DNA from: Methanomicrobia archaeon LH_S13
GTDB taxonomy: Archaea > Halobacteriota > Syntropharchaeia > Alkanophagales > Methanospirareceae
Reading direction: 5' to 3'
Length of the DNA stretch: 36,345 nucleotides
NCBI GenBank assembly: GCA_023659785.1
Contig: JAGXOR010000002.1
Location: 1 to 36,345 of the forward strand
Shown: piece after piece, positions 8,673 through 17,111 of the stretch
How positions within the stretch are numbered: the stretch's first letter is position 1
How the letters are laid out: each line of letters begins with the position of its first letter
The notes under the pieces: generated by a model
The model's input: only the letters and a program-made list of their open reading frames with translations
Told to the model about the DNA's origin: nothing
Database searches by the model: none
Made by a program: the position numbers and the translations under genes

Positions 8673-9440
8673 ATGAACAAAGCTAATTCTTCTGATGAGA
8701 GCATTTTAAAGCTAATAAAACTGCCTGATTTACTCTCGGTCCTCAATGCCTTGTTTGGCTTCTCTGCTATACTGTTTGTACTCGGTGGAAGTGGCATAAA
8801 TGAAAAAGCAATTGAAAATGCGCTCGTATTGATTTTAGTAGCGGCGGTTGTTGATGGGTTAGATGGCGTAGTAGCGAGAAATATAGAATGCTCACCCATA
8901 GGCAAATATCTTGATTCGCTTGCGGATATGGTGTCCTTTGGCGTTGCACCTGCAATTGTTGCTTATGCACTCATCAATAGCCATTTACATGTTTACGCTT
9001 ACGCTTACCTTTATATTACGTTGGCTCTCTGCGGTGCGTATGTGATAAGCGGGATGTTAAGACTTGCAAGGTTTTCTTTTAGCACAGGTTTTCTTTTGCA
9101 AAAAGAAAAAGTGTATTTTGAAGGATTTCCGATTACCGGAAGTGCAATTGTTTTAGCTTCTTTTATGCTTGTATTTATCGAATCACCTCTTCCATCTCAA
9201 CCTTGCTTTTTCCTTATGATTGTATTAATGGGTATTTTATGTGGCTTGATGGCCAGCAGAATAAAGTATGGGAATATAAGAGATAAGAGAATAGAGATAG
9301 CAGCAGGGATTGTTTTTTTCATGCTGTTCTTTTTCTATGCCTTCTCTTTGCCTTTCGTTTATCCCGCAGCCATTATTTTTACGTTAACCTTGTTTTATAT
9401 ATGCAGTCCATTTGTGCGTGCAGTTGCACCTGTGCGTTAA
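8673..9440 (+). CDS. pssA: CDP-alcohol phosphatidyltransferase (archaetidylserine synthase-like)
   Basis: The signature DGLDGVVARNIECSPIGKYLDSLADMVS fits D-x2-D-G-x2-A-R...G-x3-D-x3-D. The protein is polytopic and hydrophobic, 255 aa. Confidence 0.8.
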   Translation: MNKANSSDESILKLIKLPDLLSVLNALFGFSAILFVLGGSGINEKAIENALVLILVAAVVDGLDGVVARNIECSPIGKYLDSLADMVSFGVAPAIVAYALINSHLHVYAYAYLYITLALCGAYVISGMLRLARFSFSTGFLLQKEKVYFEGFPITGSAIVLASFMLVFIESPLPSQPCFFLMIVLMGILCGLMASRIKYGNIRDKRIEIAAGIVFFMLFFFYAFSLPFVYPAAIIFTLTLFYICSPFVRAVAPVR

Positions 9441-9587
9441 ATTTATTTCTCCTTTTCTATCCATTCCTCACTAACAATTTCTATGTTATTGCTCCAATAA
9501 CGACAGAGAGTAAAAAATCTCGCACAAGGATAAATGAGAGATACGCAATCACCAAAAAGGGGATTACTACAAACAATCTATTCAGAT

Positions 9588-9617
9588 CTTTTCTTTCTCT
9601 TTTTATTTTTATTTTTA
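9588..9617 (+). terminator. Oligo-T tract between the convergent pssA-like and gatC genes
   Basis: ttttctttctctttttatttttattttt is an archaeal-style poly-T termination signal. The assignment rests on composition only. Confidence 0.3.
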
Positions 9618-9621
9618 TGCT

Positions 9622-9903
9622 TCATAACATCCTCGGACTTTTGAAATATCCCTTCTCCTTCTTAGGTGCATTCCGCAACACTTCTGACTGGCTTAACGCC
9701 TCCTTCGGCTCGTCTTCCCTTACCACATCTTTTATGCCAATTACGTGATAAGTAGGTTCTACATCCTCAGTATCTAATTCATCCAGTACGGCGAAATAAT
9801 CCAATATCGAGCTCAATTGCTTCTCAAATAGTTCCTTCTCGGCATCGCTCAACTCTATCCTCGCTAACCACCCTATATGCTCTATCTCTTCTTTTCTTAT
9901 CAT
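9622..9903 (-). CDS. gatC: Asp-tRNA(Asn)/Glu-tRNA(Gln) amidotransferase subunit C
   Basis: MIRKEEIEHIGWLARIELSDAEKELFEKQLSSILDYFAVLDELDTEDVEPTYHV shows the typical GatC length (93 aa) and pattern. No gatA or gatB is adjacent. Confidence 0.85.
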   Translation of the reverse strand: MIRKEEIEHIGWLARIELSDAEKELFEKQLSSILDYFAVLDELDTEDVEPTYHVIGIKDVVREDEPKEALSQSEVLRNAPKKEKGYFKSPRML

Positions 9904-9956
9904 AACTCTTTTTCTTTTTAATCACGGTTTTTACCGAAGGTAAAAAAAGTTGTTGG

Positions 9957-10784
9957 TTAATCCAAATCCCCTACTTTTCCTATATACGTTCCATCCAACA
10001 AATACGCCTTCATATCATTTAAGCGAAGAAGCTTTGTGGCTATTGGTCCCAGAAGCCTTTTATTCGACGAGTTAAAGGTAACGCCACCACATATTTCGTT
10101 AAACGCGGGCATTATTATCACCCAGGGGTCACCCCAACTGCTTTCCTCTAACTCTGGATAATGTTTCTTTACTGCGTCATAATCGCATTTGGTACGAATC
10201 CATACGCTTTTCATGCTCCTATAATGCGAGCTTGGACTTACAAGTCTTATCCTCGGATGGTTGTGTCCAATCAGTATATATTTTGCAGAGAACAAATCTT
10301 GTGAGGGCCATGAATGCCCATGCGTGTACCCTACACCGTCAAACAAGAATCCCCTCGTACCTTTAATATACACCTCGTGCTTTGGCTTGCCTTCCCTCTC
10401 TGCCGCCATCTCTTTTGGCAACAGTTTGCTTAAATGTCCGTCATGGTTTCCTTTAGCCACATACACAGGTGCATACTCAGCCAACTCGGTCAAGAAAAAA
10501 GGCACTTCTCTTCTATCCATCCACGATATTTTTGGCACTGCGTGCTTCACATCACCCAATAGGATTATCACATCGGGCTCAGCAGCTTTTACACATTTTA
10601 GCGTGCTCTCTAACAACTTCTCCGTTTGACTGCCGATATTTATTCCTTTTAGTCTTAGCTCTGCTTCTATACCTAAATGCAGGTCTGCAATCACCAGAGT
10701 TTTAAATTCGTTCTCCACTATCATTGCCGCCTCGTCTATCAACGGTTTTGGTTTTATGCTTATGCCCATCGTTTTTTCTTTCAA
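9957..10784 (-). CDS. Calcineurin-like metallophosphoesterase (MJ0037/ICC-type)
   Basis: The motifs are LVIADLHLG, LLGDVKH, GNHDG and GHNHP. The start is ambiguous (10784, 10769 or 10724); the later starts reduce the overlap with the upstream DUF504 gene. Confidence 0.8.
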   Translation of the reverse strand: MKEKTMGISIKPKPLIDEAAMIVENEFKTLVIADLHLGIEAELRLKGINIGSQTEKLLESTLKCVKAAEPDVIILLGDVKHAVPKISWMDRREVPFFLTELAEYAPVYVAKGNHDGHLSKLLPKEMAAEREGKPKHEVYIKGTRGFLFDGVGYTHGHSWPSQDLFSAKYILIGHNHPRIRLVSPSSHYRSMKSVWIRTKCDYDAVKKHYPELEESSWGDPWVIIMPAFNEICGGVTFNSSNKRLLGPIATKLLRLNDMKAYLLDGTYIGKVGDLD

Positions 10785-11007
10785 ATAATACTTTCTCTTT
10801 ATATGAAATCTTGATGATGCGGTGATAGGGGATTTCCGCTCCTTTCAGACTGAGAAAAGATTTTCCTATATGTACTATTTCTCGCCCATAAATCTTTTTC
10901 AAATCAGATGGGGCGCCTCGATGTAGATAAACTACTTCTAATTGGTCGAAGTCAAAGTCCATCCTTCTATCCCACTTGACTTTATTCAATATTTCCCTGA
11001 CTTTCAT
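10702..11007 (-). CDS. DUF504/UPF0248-family small protein
   Basis: The internal ATG at 11005-11007 gives MKVREILNKVKWDRRMDFDFDQLEVVYLHRGAP...AEIPYHRIIKISYKEKVLFER, the archaeal UPF0248 pattern. The upstream part of the 132-aa ORF looks non-coding. Confidence 0.65.
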   Translation of the reverse strand: MKVREILNKVKWDRRMDFDFDQLEVVYLHRGAPSDLKKIYGREIVHIGKSFLSLKGAEIPYHRIIKISYKEKVLFERKNDGHKHKTKTVDRRGGNDSGERI

Positions 11008-11211
11008 AGTATCACATCCTTGATGATATCGAAGAAAAAACTTTGGCAAGGAATTAAGTAGCGTAATTGCAGAGGTTGAAGAAAGGGCAAAAAAAGACAA
11101 TAATTATTGCTCAAATCCTCCTGCTCGACCGGAATGGACTTCTGATTTTGCTGAATGTTCTTGAATCAAATCAAAATAAAAAAGAGAGGGAAAAAGATGT
11201 TTCTAAAGTTT

Positions 11212-12132
11212 TCACTCTACCACTTTCTTAAGTGCTGGTATTATCCTCGGATACCCCACAGCCATCATGTGGCATCCAGTCGCCGGTGTATCTTTTAGAT
11301 GCTCTAAGAAACCTGTGAAGTACTCCACATTGACTCTATCTACCTCTTCCTTCCTCTTCGCCTTATCCTTTATTTCTTTCGTCTTTTTCAGGTTTTTAAG
11401 ATAATCAGGTGGGACATCAACGCCTGCTACCGCCTCATCGAAGAACTTCGCCGCTCCATAACTCTTTGCTGGGAATATTCCAACAAAAACTGGAACACCC
11501 AAATCGCCTAATTCTTTAAAGAAATTATCCAGTACCTCAGGGAGGTAAATGACCTGAGTTTGTATGAATTCAGCTCCGGCTTTTACTTTCCTTTTCACTT
11601 TGTATGCTTCAGCCTGTAAAACAGCCGCTCCTGGAGCACCCGCCGCTCCTATATGCATTTTTGGTGGTTCCGCTATCTCATTTCCTGCAAGGTCTTTTCC
11701 CTCATCTACTATTTTCCTTATCATATAAGACAGCGTAGTTGAATCCAAATCATATACCGGCTTCGCATCTGGTGTATCCCCAAGTGCTACGTGGTCACCC
11801 GTTAATGCTAAAATGTTCTTTATTCCCATGACGCCAGCGCCAAGCACGTCAGCTTGAAGAGCTATACGATTCCTATCTGAGCACCTGAGCTGATATACCG
11901 CCTCCATACCCGCTTCTTCCTGTATTTTATAAGCTGCTACCAGACTGCTAAGAGTTGCAAAGCTCTGAGGGCTATCCGTCACGTTACAGGCAATAACATG
12001 TCCTTTTAGGTCTTTCGCTGCTTGTACTACTGATTCAACGCTGCCTGCCTTCTCAGGTTCTAATTCCCCCGTCCAGACAAATTTCCCTTCCTCTACTTCT
12101 TTCATCAATTCGCTATACACTTCTTTAGCCAT
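11212..12132 (-). CDS. metF: Methylenetetrahydrofolate reductase-like (MetF family)
   Basis: The protein is 306 aa with a TIM-barrel MTHFR pattern (ACNVTDSPQS, YQLRCSDRNRIALQADVLGAGVMGIKNILALTGDH, FIQTQVIY). It lies directly downstream of metV. Confidence 0.8.
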   Translation of the reverse strand: MAKEVYSELMKEVEEGKFVWTGELEPEKAGSVESVVQAAKDLKGHVIACNVTDSPQSFATLSSLVAAYKIQEEAGMEAVYQLRCSDRNRIALQADVLGAGVMGIKNILALTGDHVALGDTPDAKPVYDLDSTTLSYMIRKIVDEGKDLAGNEIAEPPKMHIGAAGAPGAAVLQAEAYKVKRKVKAGAEFIQTQVIYLPEVLDNFFKELGDLGVPVFVGIFPAKSYGAAKFFDEAVAGVDVPPDYLKNLKKTKEIKDKAKRKEEVDRVNVEYFTGFLEHLKDTPATGCHMMAVGYPRIIPALKKVVE

Positions 12133-12166
12133 TTTTTATCCCTTCCTCCAAACTCTCTTCTCTCCT

Positions 12167-12943
12167 TTACTCACCCTCTGCTTTTTCTTCGTGCTTTGGT
12201 GTAAAAGGTTTCCTGAGACCAAAAGATACGTATTCAGGAATAGACCCAAACATGGTGCGTCCAAGACTAATAGGTTTTTCTATCTTGAAAGTCCGTGGTC
12301 TTTTCATTTTACTCCATGCATGTGGTTCTCTCATTTTCAGGAGTTCATCGAGTTCGCCAAGTTTCTCCAATCGCTCATATATCTTAACCCATGCGCAGTC
12401 CTTTTCTGGGTCCGTTTCGCATTTCCCATCTTCTCGCACTCCTCCACAAGGACCGTTCATCAATCCTTTCCCGCACGCAGTCAAAGGGCAGATACCAGCA
12501 ATTTTTCCTAATTCACATTCTCCACATCCCTGACACGTCTCCTTAAAATCAGTAGGACCTCCACCTACATTCCCCATTGAATTATTTGCAGGATATACGG
12601 ACTTTGCGAGACCCATTTTGTCATCCAGATATTCTCGCACTACCTGCACACCCTCACCACAGCTTTGCACTAAAACCGCATCGCAGCCCTCAATCGCCTT
12701 TCGGTTCTTCTCCAAAAAGACCGAACTCATGTCAATCTCACAGGCAGAAATACCCAAAGGCAGGAAAATTTTGGTGACATCTTTCCCTTCTTTCGTAAGT
12801 TTCTCTGCCATCTCTTTTACTGCCTTTTTGTCGCCGGTTTGATAGAATGTAGCACACCCCCCACAGCCCATTGTTACTATCCTCTGTTTTCCCTCAAGGT
12901 AGCCCAGAATCTCGTCCATAGGCTTCTGCTCTTGCGCAATCAT
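12167..12943 (-). CDS. metV: MetV-type Cys-rich partner of MetF (MTHFR C-terminal-domain-like protein)
   Basis: The Cys clusters are MGCGGCATF, QSCGEG, CQGCGECELGKIAGICPLTACGKGLMNGPCGG and DGKCE. This pattern is characteristic of MetV next to MetF. Confidence 0.75.
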   Translation of the reverse strand: MIAQEQKPMDEILGYLEGKQRIVTMGCGGCATFYQTGDKKAVKEMAEKLTKEGKDVTKIFLPLGISACEIDMSSVFLEKNRKAIEGCDAVLVQSCGEGVQVVREYLDDKMGLAKSVYPANNSMGNVGGGPTDFKETCQGCGECELGKIAGICPLTACGKGLMNGPCGGVREDGKCETDPEKDCAWVKIYERLEKLGELDELLKMREPHAWSKMKRPRTFKIEKPISLGRTMFGSIPEYVSFGLRKPFTPKHEEKAEGE

Positions 12944-12996
12944 TTTACACTTTTATACCTCCATTAGGTATGTGGGAGAATGACAATATATAAACT
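12944..12996 (-). promoter_or_regulatory. Putative metV-metF promoter (TATA box plus RBS)
   Basis: Read on the minus strand: aaaagtttatatattgtc, then ~30 nt, then ggaggtataaaagtgtaaaATG. Confidence 0.4.
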
Positions 12997-12999
12997 TTT

Positions 13000-13131
13000 C
13001 TATTTTTTCCCTTTTTCGTACTTTCTTGCGCATGATTCTACTTTTATCAATATGTCGGCGTGGTTACAGGAGGGTATGTCTATGTCTTCTATCTCTAAAT
13101 CTCCGATTCCTTTCAAAACCGCTGCCTTCAT
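13000..13131 (-). pseudogene. N-terminal 43-aa fragment of a Zn-dependent (MDR) alcohol/threonine dehydrogenase
   Basis: My own translation of the minus strand gives MKAAVLKGIGDLEIEDIDIPSCNHADILIKVESCARKYEKGKK*. This is a canonical MDR N-terminus that ends where the catalytic C-G-x-D motif should begin. Confidence 0.55.
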
Positions 13132-13132
13132 T

Positions 13133-13872
13133 TTAATTTGCACCCTTTTCCCTTAACAGGCATTCAAGTTTGTTCTCACCATGTTCAGCGTCAGAATTTT
13201 GTTCCCTTATCCATTCTCGCAACTGCTCCATGCCACTCAATATCTTCAGGAAGTATCTACGATTTTCTCAAAAGTGCCCTTTCCATCCCAGGTCTTCCTC
13301 AGAGAATTATGTATTTCCGGATACGGCGAATCCAGTGTGGTTCCCACACTCACGCCATGCTTCTTAAGGAACTCCACATCATCTTCTCTGAAGAGAGTCC
13401 CATTTGTTTGAATGCCGAAGTATAATCGGTCTTCAAATTCTTCTATGGCATCGAAAATAAGCGTCTCAAAAAGTTGCTCCTTATCCATTTGCTGGTGGCT
13501 TTTCCTTATTTCTTGTGGTATATAGCAGTATGAGCAATTCAGATTACATCTGCTCACGGAATTCATGTAAATAACAGCGAGGGATGACTTGAACCGGAAT
13601 TCGTGCATCTCTTCTTCACACTCTCGCTTGACTCTGCCATACAGCGGGGGAATCTCCTGCCTTATCTTTGAATTGATATCCTCTCCCTTTGGAACCAGTG
13701 CCCAAAAGACGGTGTCCGGATCGATGACGAGCATGGTCTCCTCGTCAATGTCACAAAGCGTCAATTGCGGGTGATTTCCAGTATTGTAATGCACTTTAGA
13801 CCACCTAAGTGCGCTAAAAGAGCGCCTTGTCAGCAGGCGAGTCCCCGAACATGTAGTGCGACAAACCCCCAT
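13133..13872 (-). pseudogene. Radical SAM protein, degraded (frameshifted tail and probable internal loss)
   Basis: The CxxxCxxC box is RCNLNCSYCYIP and the later element is FGIQTNGTLF. Only ~40 aa separate them and no GGEP-type motif is visible. The ORF stops at 13246 (…GTFEKIVDTS*). A shifted frame continues (KILSGMEQLREWIREQ…) to a stop at 13133-13135. Confidence 0.5.
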
Positions 13873-14051
13873 TTGCTGTCCTATGACATTTCAATCTGTA
13901 CGCCATCACACTTTGCTTCTCTTCTTTTACTTCGCTATTCTTTGTGTTCATGATAGCTACGTTCGGACAATCTATATTTAAATGTAAATGTATCCTTTTG
14001 TATTACACACGTAATGCAAAATTTGTAGCGATGCTGAAAAGAGCAGGTGAA

Positions 14052-14384
14052 ATGGAACCCGTAAACATCAGAATACCAAAAACGAAAATACAGAAGATTG
14101 ACGAAATCGCAACCAGGAATGGCATTACCCGCTCCGAGGTAATAAGGCATGCACTGACAATTTATTTTCAGCTCTTAGAAAAAGAATTGAAAATAGGAAA
14201 GTCAATGAAAAATGATTTGATTGCTGCCATCGGTGAGCCAAAGGTAAGGGATGAAGTGCTAAACGCAGGGACCCGAAGCATCGTAATGGTGGAGGGCGTG
14301 CGGAAACTTTCAGAGAGGGAGTTTATCCATGAAAGTTTTTTCTTCCTGGAACTGTGGAAAGGAAAGTTGTCTTGCCTGCCATAA
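14052..14384 (+). CDS. Ribbon-helix-helix (CopG/Arc-type) DNA-binding protein
   Basis: MEPVNIRIPKTKIQKIDEIATRNGITRSEVIRHALTIYFQLL follows an RBS-like ggtga. The 3' end of the ORF runs into the Dph6-like fragment and may be read-through. Confidence 0.6.
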   Translation: MEPVNIRIPKTKIQKIDEIATRNGITRSEVIRHALTIYFQLLEKELKIGKSMKNDLIAAIGEPKVRDEVLNAGTRSIVMVEGVRKLSEREFIHESFFFLELWKGKLSCLP

Positions 14385-14499
14385 AGTACTATCAGAGGGC
14401 TTTGACGTTTCTTATCTACTTGATATTCAAAGAGGTGGTATATCTCCAGGCACAGCTTTCTACTACTTTCTATCCCTTGTCCTTGTCCTATCTGCCTGA
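14329..14499 (+). pseudogene. Decayed N-terminal fragment of a Dph6/MJ0570-type PP-loop ATPase
   Basis: My own translation (56 aa, below the track cutoff) is MKVFSSWNCGKESCLACHKVLSEGFDVSYLLDI. Compare RVFCSWSGGKDSSLACYKAMLDGFDVSHLLNL in the intact gene at 20967..21650. The PP-loop has degenerated from SGGKDS to NCGKES. Confidence 0.6.
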
Positions 14500-14543
14500 C
14501 TGCCATTTTCATCTCCTGCACTACTTTAGCAGCTTATACGGAC

Positions 14544-15050
14544 TTGAGCAGTTTTGCAATAGGAACTTCTGTTGATTTTGTCTTTTTCGTGACAATTATA
14601 ATAACTTCGTTGCTTTGCATGAAATTTAAGAAAAGTCCCGTTAACCTTGGAAATGTAATGATATTTATTGGAAGTTTAGCGCTATTGTATCCAGTGATAG
14701 CAGGGCTTCTTCTGCTTTTAGTCTCTTCATTTGCAGAAATAGGTGCGTTCTTCTCTGAATACACTTCCAGGAATCGCGATTTAAATAAGCTTAGAATAGG
14801 ATGTGGAGAGGGAAAAGAGTTTTTAGCGCGAGGCGAAATAGAAAAAGCTTCCGAAACCGTGATGAGCAGTGGTTCAAGTTATTTACTCTCTAAATTTATT
14901 AACGACCTCTCTGAGTTTATTGGAAAGTCGAATTTCAAAATAGAGACTGAAAAGCTTCTACAAGAGTATGAGATAACCGTATGGGAAAGAACCGAGAAGG
15001 AAAGGATGTTAATCAGGGTAGGACCGATGTTGGGGATCGGATATGTGTAG
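14544..15050 (+). pseudogene. Truncated paralogue of the ExbB/MotA/TolQ-like protein
   Basis: SLALLYPVIAGLLLL…EIGAFFSEY and LLQEYEITVWERTEKERMLIRVGPMLG parallel STSLLYPVIIILLG…EIGMFSCEG and LLQKCDSFITKRLERTKVMVRLGPMFGLMGT of 23510..24214. The fragment stops inside the conserved GPxxGLxGT motif and lacks the last two transmembrane helices. Confidence 0.7.
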
Positions 15051-15498
15051 GTGTTGAGGCATGTCTGAGACCCTGGCGGCGTGTAGATATCAGCCAGTGG
15101 CAAGGCGCCGATCTTATCGGGGAATCACAGTCCAGGTGCAAGTTCCGTGGGAGAAGGGACCCTGCATCCTGAAGTTGCCTCCAACTGACACTGAAGTAAC
15201 CCCTGAGACGCCAACTCCTGGTCCGGGTGAGCTGGTAAAGGGCAAGATAGCCCGCTTACTCTACGATGGTTGTGGTGACTTTACGGGATTGTCACCATCG
15301 TCCCAAGCGCGCAAAATGCTTCGTACATCTCTGGCATACAATACTCAAAGATATCCGCAACTTTTATTGCTAGAAAGAAAGAGACCCGCAGTACCCAGAC
15401 CCTTACATACAGCAAACCAGAGACTCACCAGCAGTTCTTCTGCGATCACAGACGGAATAAGAACCACCGAAACATCATATAAACAAGGATCTGATACC

Positions 15499-15778
15499 AT
15501 GGAGATCAATCAAAGAATCTTTGATGAATATGCAGATGAATTCGGACCTGAAAAGGTGATACACATATACGGTGTCATCTCATCACGGCTGCGGTCGAAT
15601 ACAGGCATGGAAGTGAGAAAGAGGCTTTTTCTGAGATAAAAGATAAAATAAGAAGCAATACAAAGGAAATACTTGATAAAACATACAGTGAAGGCATTTA
15701 TCCAAGAGAAGCAGCCGATATGATAGCGAAGAACGGGTACTGCGTGCTATGCGATATCATCGTTGGTATGGCTACTGA
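15499..15778 (+). pseudogene. Remnant of a Glu/Leu/Phe/Val-type amino-acid dehydrogenase (N- and C-termini only)
   Basis: The N-terminus is MEINQRIFDEYADEFGPEKVIHIY. Shifted frames give …ITAAVEYRHGSEKEAFSEIKDKIRSNTKEILDKTYSEGIYPREAADMIAK and ERVLRAMRYHRWYGY*, a typical C-terminal helix region. The whole catalytic core is missing. Confidence 0.5.
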
Positions 15779-15856
15779 TGAACTCAATCTTGAGCGCAAC
15801 GGTAAGATGAACGTTATAGGATCGCTATACACAGGCTCCGTACTTAAGTTTGGTGA

Positions 15857-16653
15857 CTATACTATAATGATTGCCCATACAACCAAACTCGCACATCCTG
15901 CGAGTTCGTTTGACGCCCCTATTACGTCCCCGCTTACGTCTACATCGCCGAAATTGCTTTTCGCAATACGAGAAACGAATAACGCGACTGCGATGCCTGT
16001 AAACACAATAAAGAAACGAAAGGAAAATGCAGTGAAAATGAGAGAGATAAGTATAGAAGAGAGGAGAGCTGTCACGTACCCGAATTTTGAGAACGAGTGA
16101 ATAAACAAAGCCCCATACCCATACCGTCCCCTGCGCCTTCTTTTGATTTCCCGGATATCATACATGTGTTCATGCTTATCTTTGCCGAAACTTCTGCAAT
16201 TACGAATACAGAAGCGAAATGATAAAAGGAGCGTAAATCAAAGCTGTGTACTGGAGCTGTTTTTGTTAAGCTCGTGCATACGGTTTCGATAGCGAAAAAG
16301 CTCAATAGGATAACAAAAACAGTGGCGAACAATCCCGCTATTCCTATTTTCTCGTCTTTCATCGCTCTTCTCTTGTCTTCCTTAGTTCCTCCTGCTATTA
16401 CGCCATCGAAGAAATCTGCTAAACCGTCCAGATGCATCAAACCCGTGACAAGGTAAATAGCGAGCAGAACGAGCAAAGCGGCAATCTCGGGTGCTGAACC
16501 TGAGCATTCAAAAACGACAGAAGCTACCGCAGTGACAAGCAAGCCAATCAACAAAGCGACAAAAGGGAAGAGGTAACTCTTGGCTGCTACTTCTTCTATT
16601 TTTGTTCCTTTTCTTACGGGTATTTGCGTTAAGAAACTAATTATATCAAGCAT
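15857..16653 (-). pseudogene. cobS: Adenosylcobinamide-GDP ribazoletransferase (cobalamin synthase), frameshifted
   Basis: The N-terminal 193-aa ORF (16072..16653) carries HLDGLADFFDG. The C-terminal part (LFIHSFSKFGYVTALL…FGDVDVSGDVIGASNELAGCA, i.e. GDxxGAxxE) is in another frame (15857..about 16110). The switch lies at or near the cccc run at 16111-16114. Confidence 0.75.
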
Positions 16654-16725
16654 TGTTTAATTGATAAATTATATATGTATTTAATATACGGTTGAAGACC
16701 TGAGAAAAGATTTTAGGGCCATTAA

Positions 16726-16929
16726 ATGATCGTATCCAATGCGACTCCATTGATCTATCTGGCAAAACTAGGGAGGTTACACCTTCTAAAAGACTTTTTT
16801 CAAGAAGTCATCATTCCCGAGGAGGTTAAAAGGGTAGTTGTAGACAGAGGAAAAGAGCAAAATAGCGTTGATGCTTTTGTGGTTGAAGAAGCGCTAAAAG
16901 AGGGATGGATAAAAATAAAAAAGTGTTAG
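16726..16929 (+). pseudogene. Truncated PIN-like (DUF3368-type) nuclease-domain gene
   Basis: MIVSNATPLIYLAKLGRLHLLKDFFQEVIIPEEVKRVVVDRGK matches the N-terminal half of DUF3368 proteins. The ORF stops at 67 aa, before the expected LDxGE…DD segment. No antitoxin partner is present. Confidence 0.55.
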
Positions 16930-17111
16930 CCCAACATCTTACTCATGCACCCCGCTATCAGTCCACCAATGGCATCGTCCATGAAAACACCCAATCGGCT
17001 TAATATCCCTGGTTTCCTCGTATCGTAATAGAAGAAATTAAAAAGCGCCTTTTTACCACCTATATACTCCGCTATGTCAATCCCTATTAGCTCATCAGCA
17101 ACTATTCCACG
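16926..17111 (-). pseudogene. 5'-truncated PgpA-domain (CobZ-like alpha-ribazole-phosphate phosphatase) fragment
   Basis: My own translation is RGIVADELIGIDIAEYIGGKKALFNFFYYDTRKPGILSRLGVFMDDAIGGLIAGCMSKMLG*. It parallels E. coli PgpA IVWDEFIG…FRILDMWKPWPI…GIMIDDIVAG. There is no start codon and no N-terminal GTxGS region. It is in frame with cbiZ directly after that gene's TAA. Confidence 0.55.

Noticed and set aside
9401-9748. A 115-aa plus-strand ORF spanning the pssA-gatC intergenic region.
   Set aside because: It overlaps gatC in antisense and runs through the oligo-T terminator tract. The translation is low-complexity and it has no independent signals.
14168-14521. A 117-aa minus-strand ORF overlapping the RHH gene and the Dph6-like stub.
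   Set aside because: It is antisense to two sequences with recognisable homology. It has only a vague resemblance to HEPN/DUF86 (no clear RxxxxH motif), no RBS and no partner gene.
15100-15300. Resemblance of GUCCGGG, GGUAAAGGGCAAG and AGCCCGCUUAC to RNase P or SRP RNA conserved elements.
   Set aside because: The elements lie within ~40 nt of each other, not at the 5' and 3' ends of a 300-400-nt RNA. The other universally conserved regions (for example ACAGAA and GGAA…AGCA) are absent.
15061-15639. A 192-aa ORF taken as a single gene.
   Set aside because: It fuses a GC-rich non-genic-looking block to the N-terminal stub of the dehydrogenase remnant (MEINQRIFDEYADEFGPEKVIHIY). The translation upstream is not protein-like. 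It is treated instead as a block of unknown nature plus a pseudogene.
15720-16100. A 126-aa plus-strand ORF.
   Set aside because: Its first codons belong to the dehydrogenase C-terminal remnant. The rest is antisense to the cobS C-terminal region, whose GDxxGAxxE motif identifies the real coding strand.
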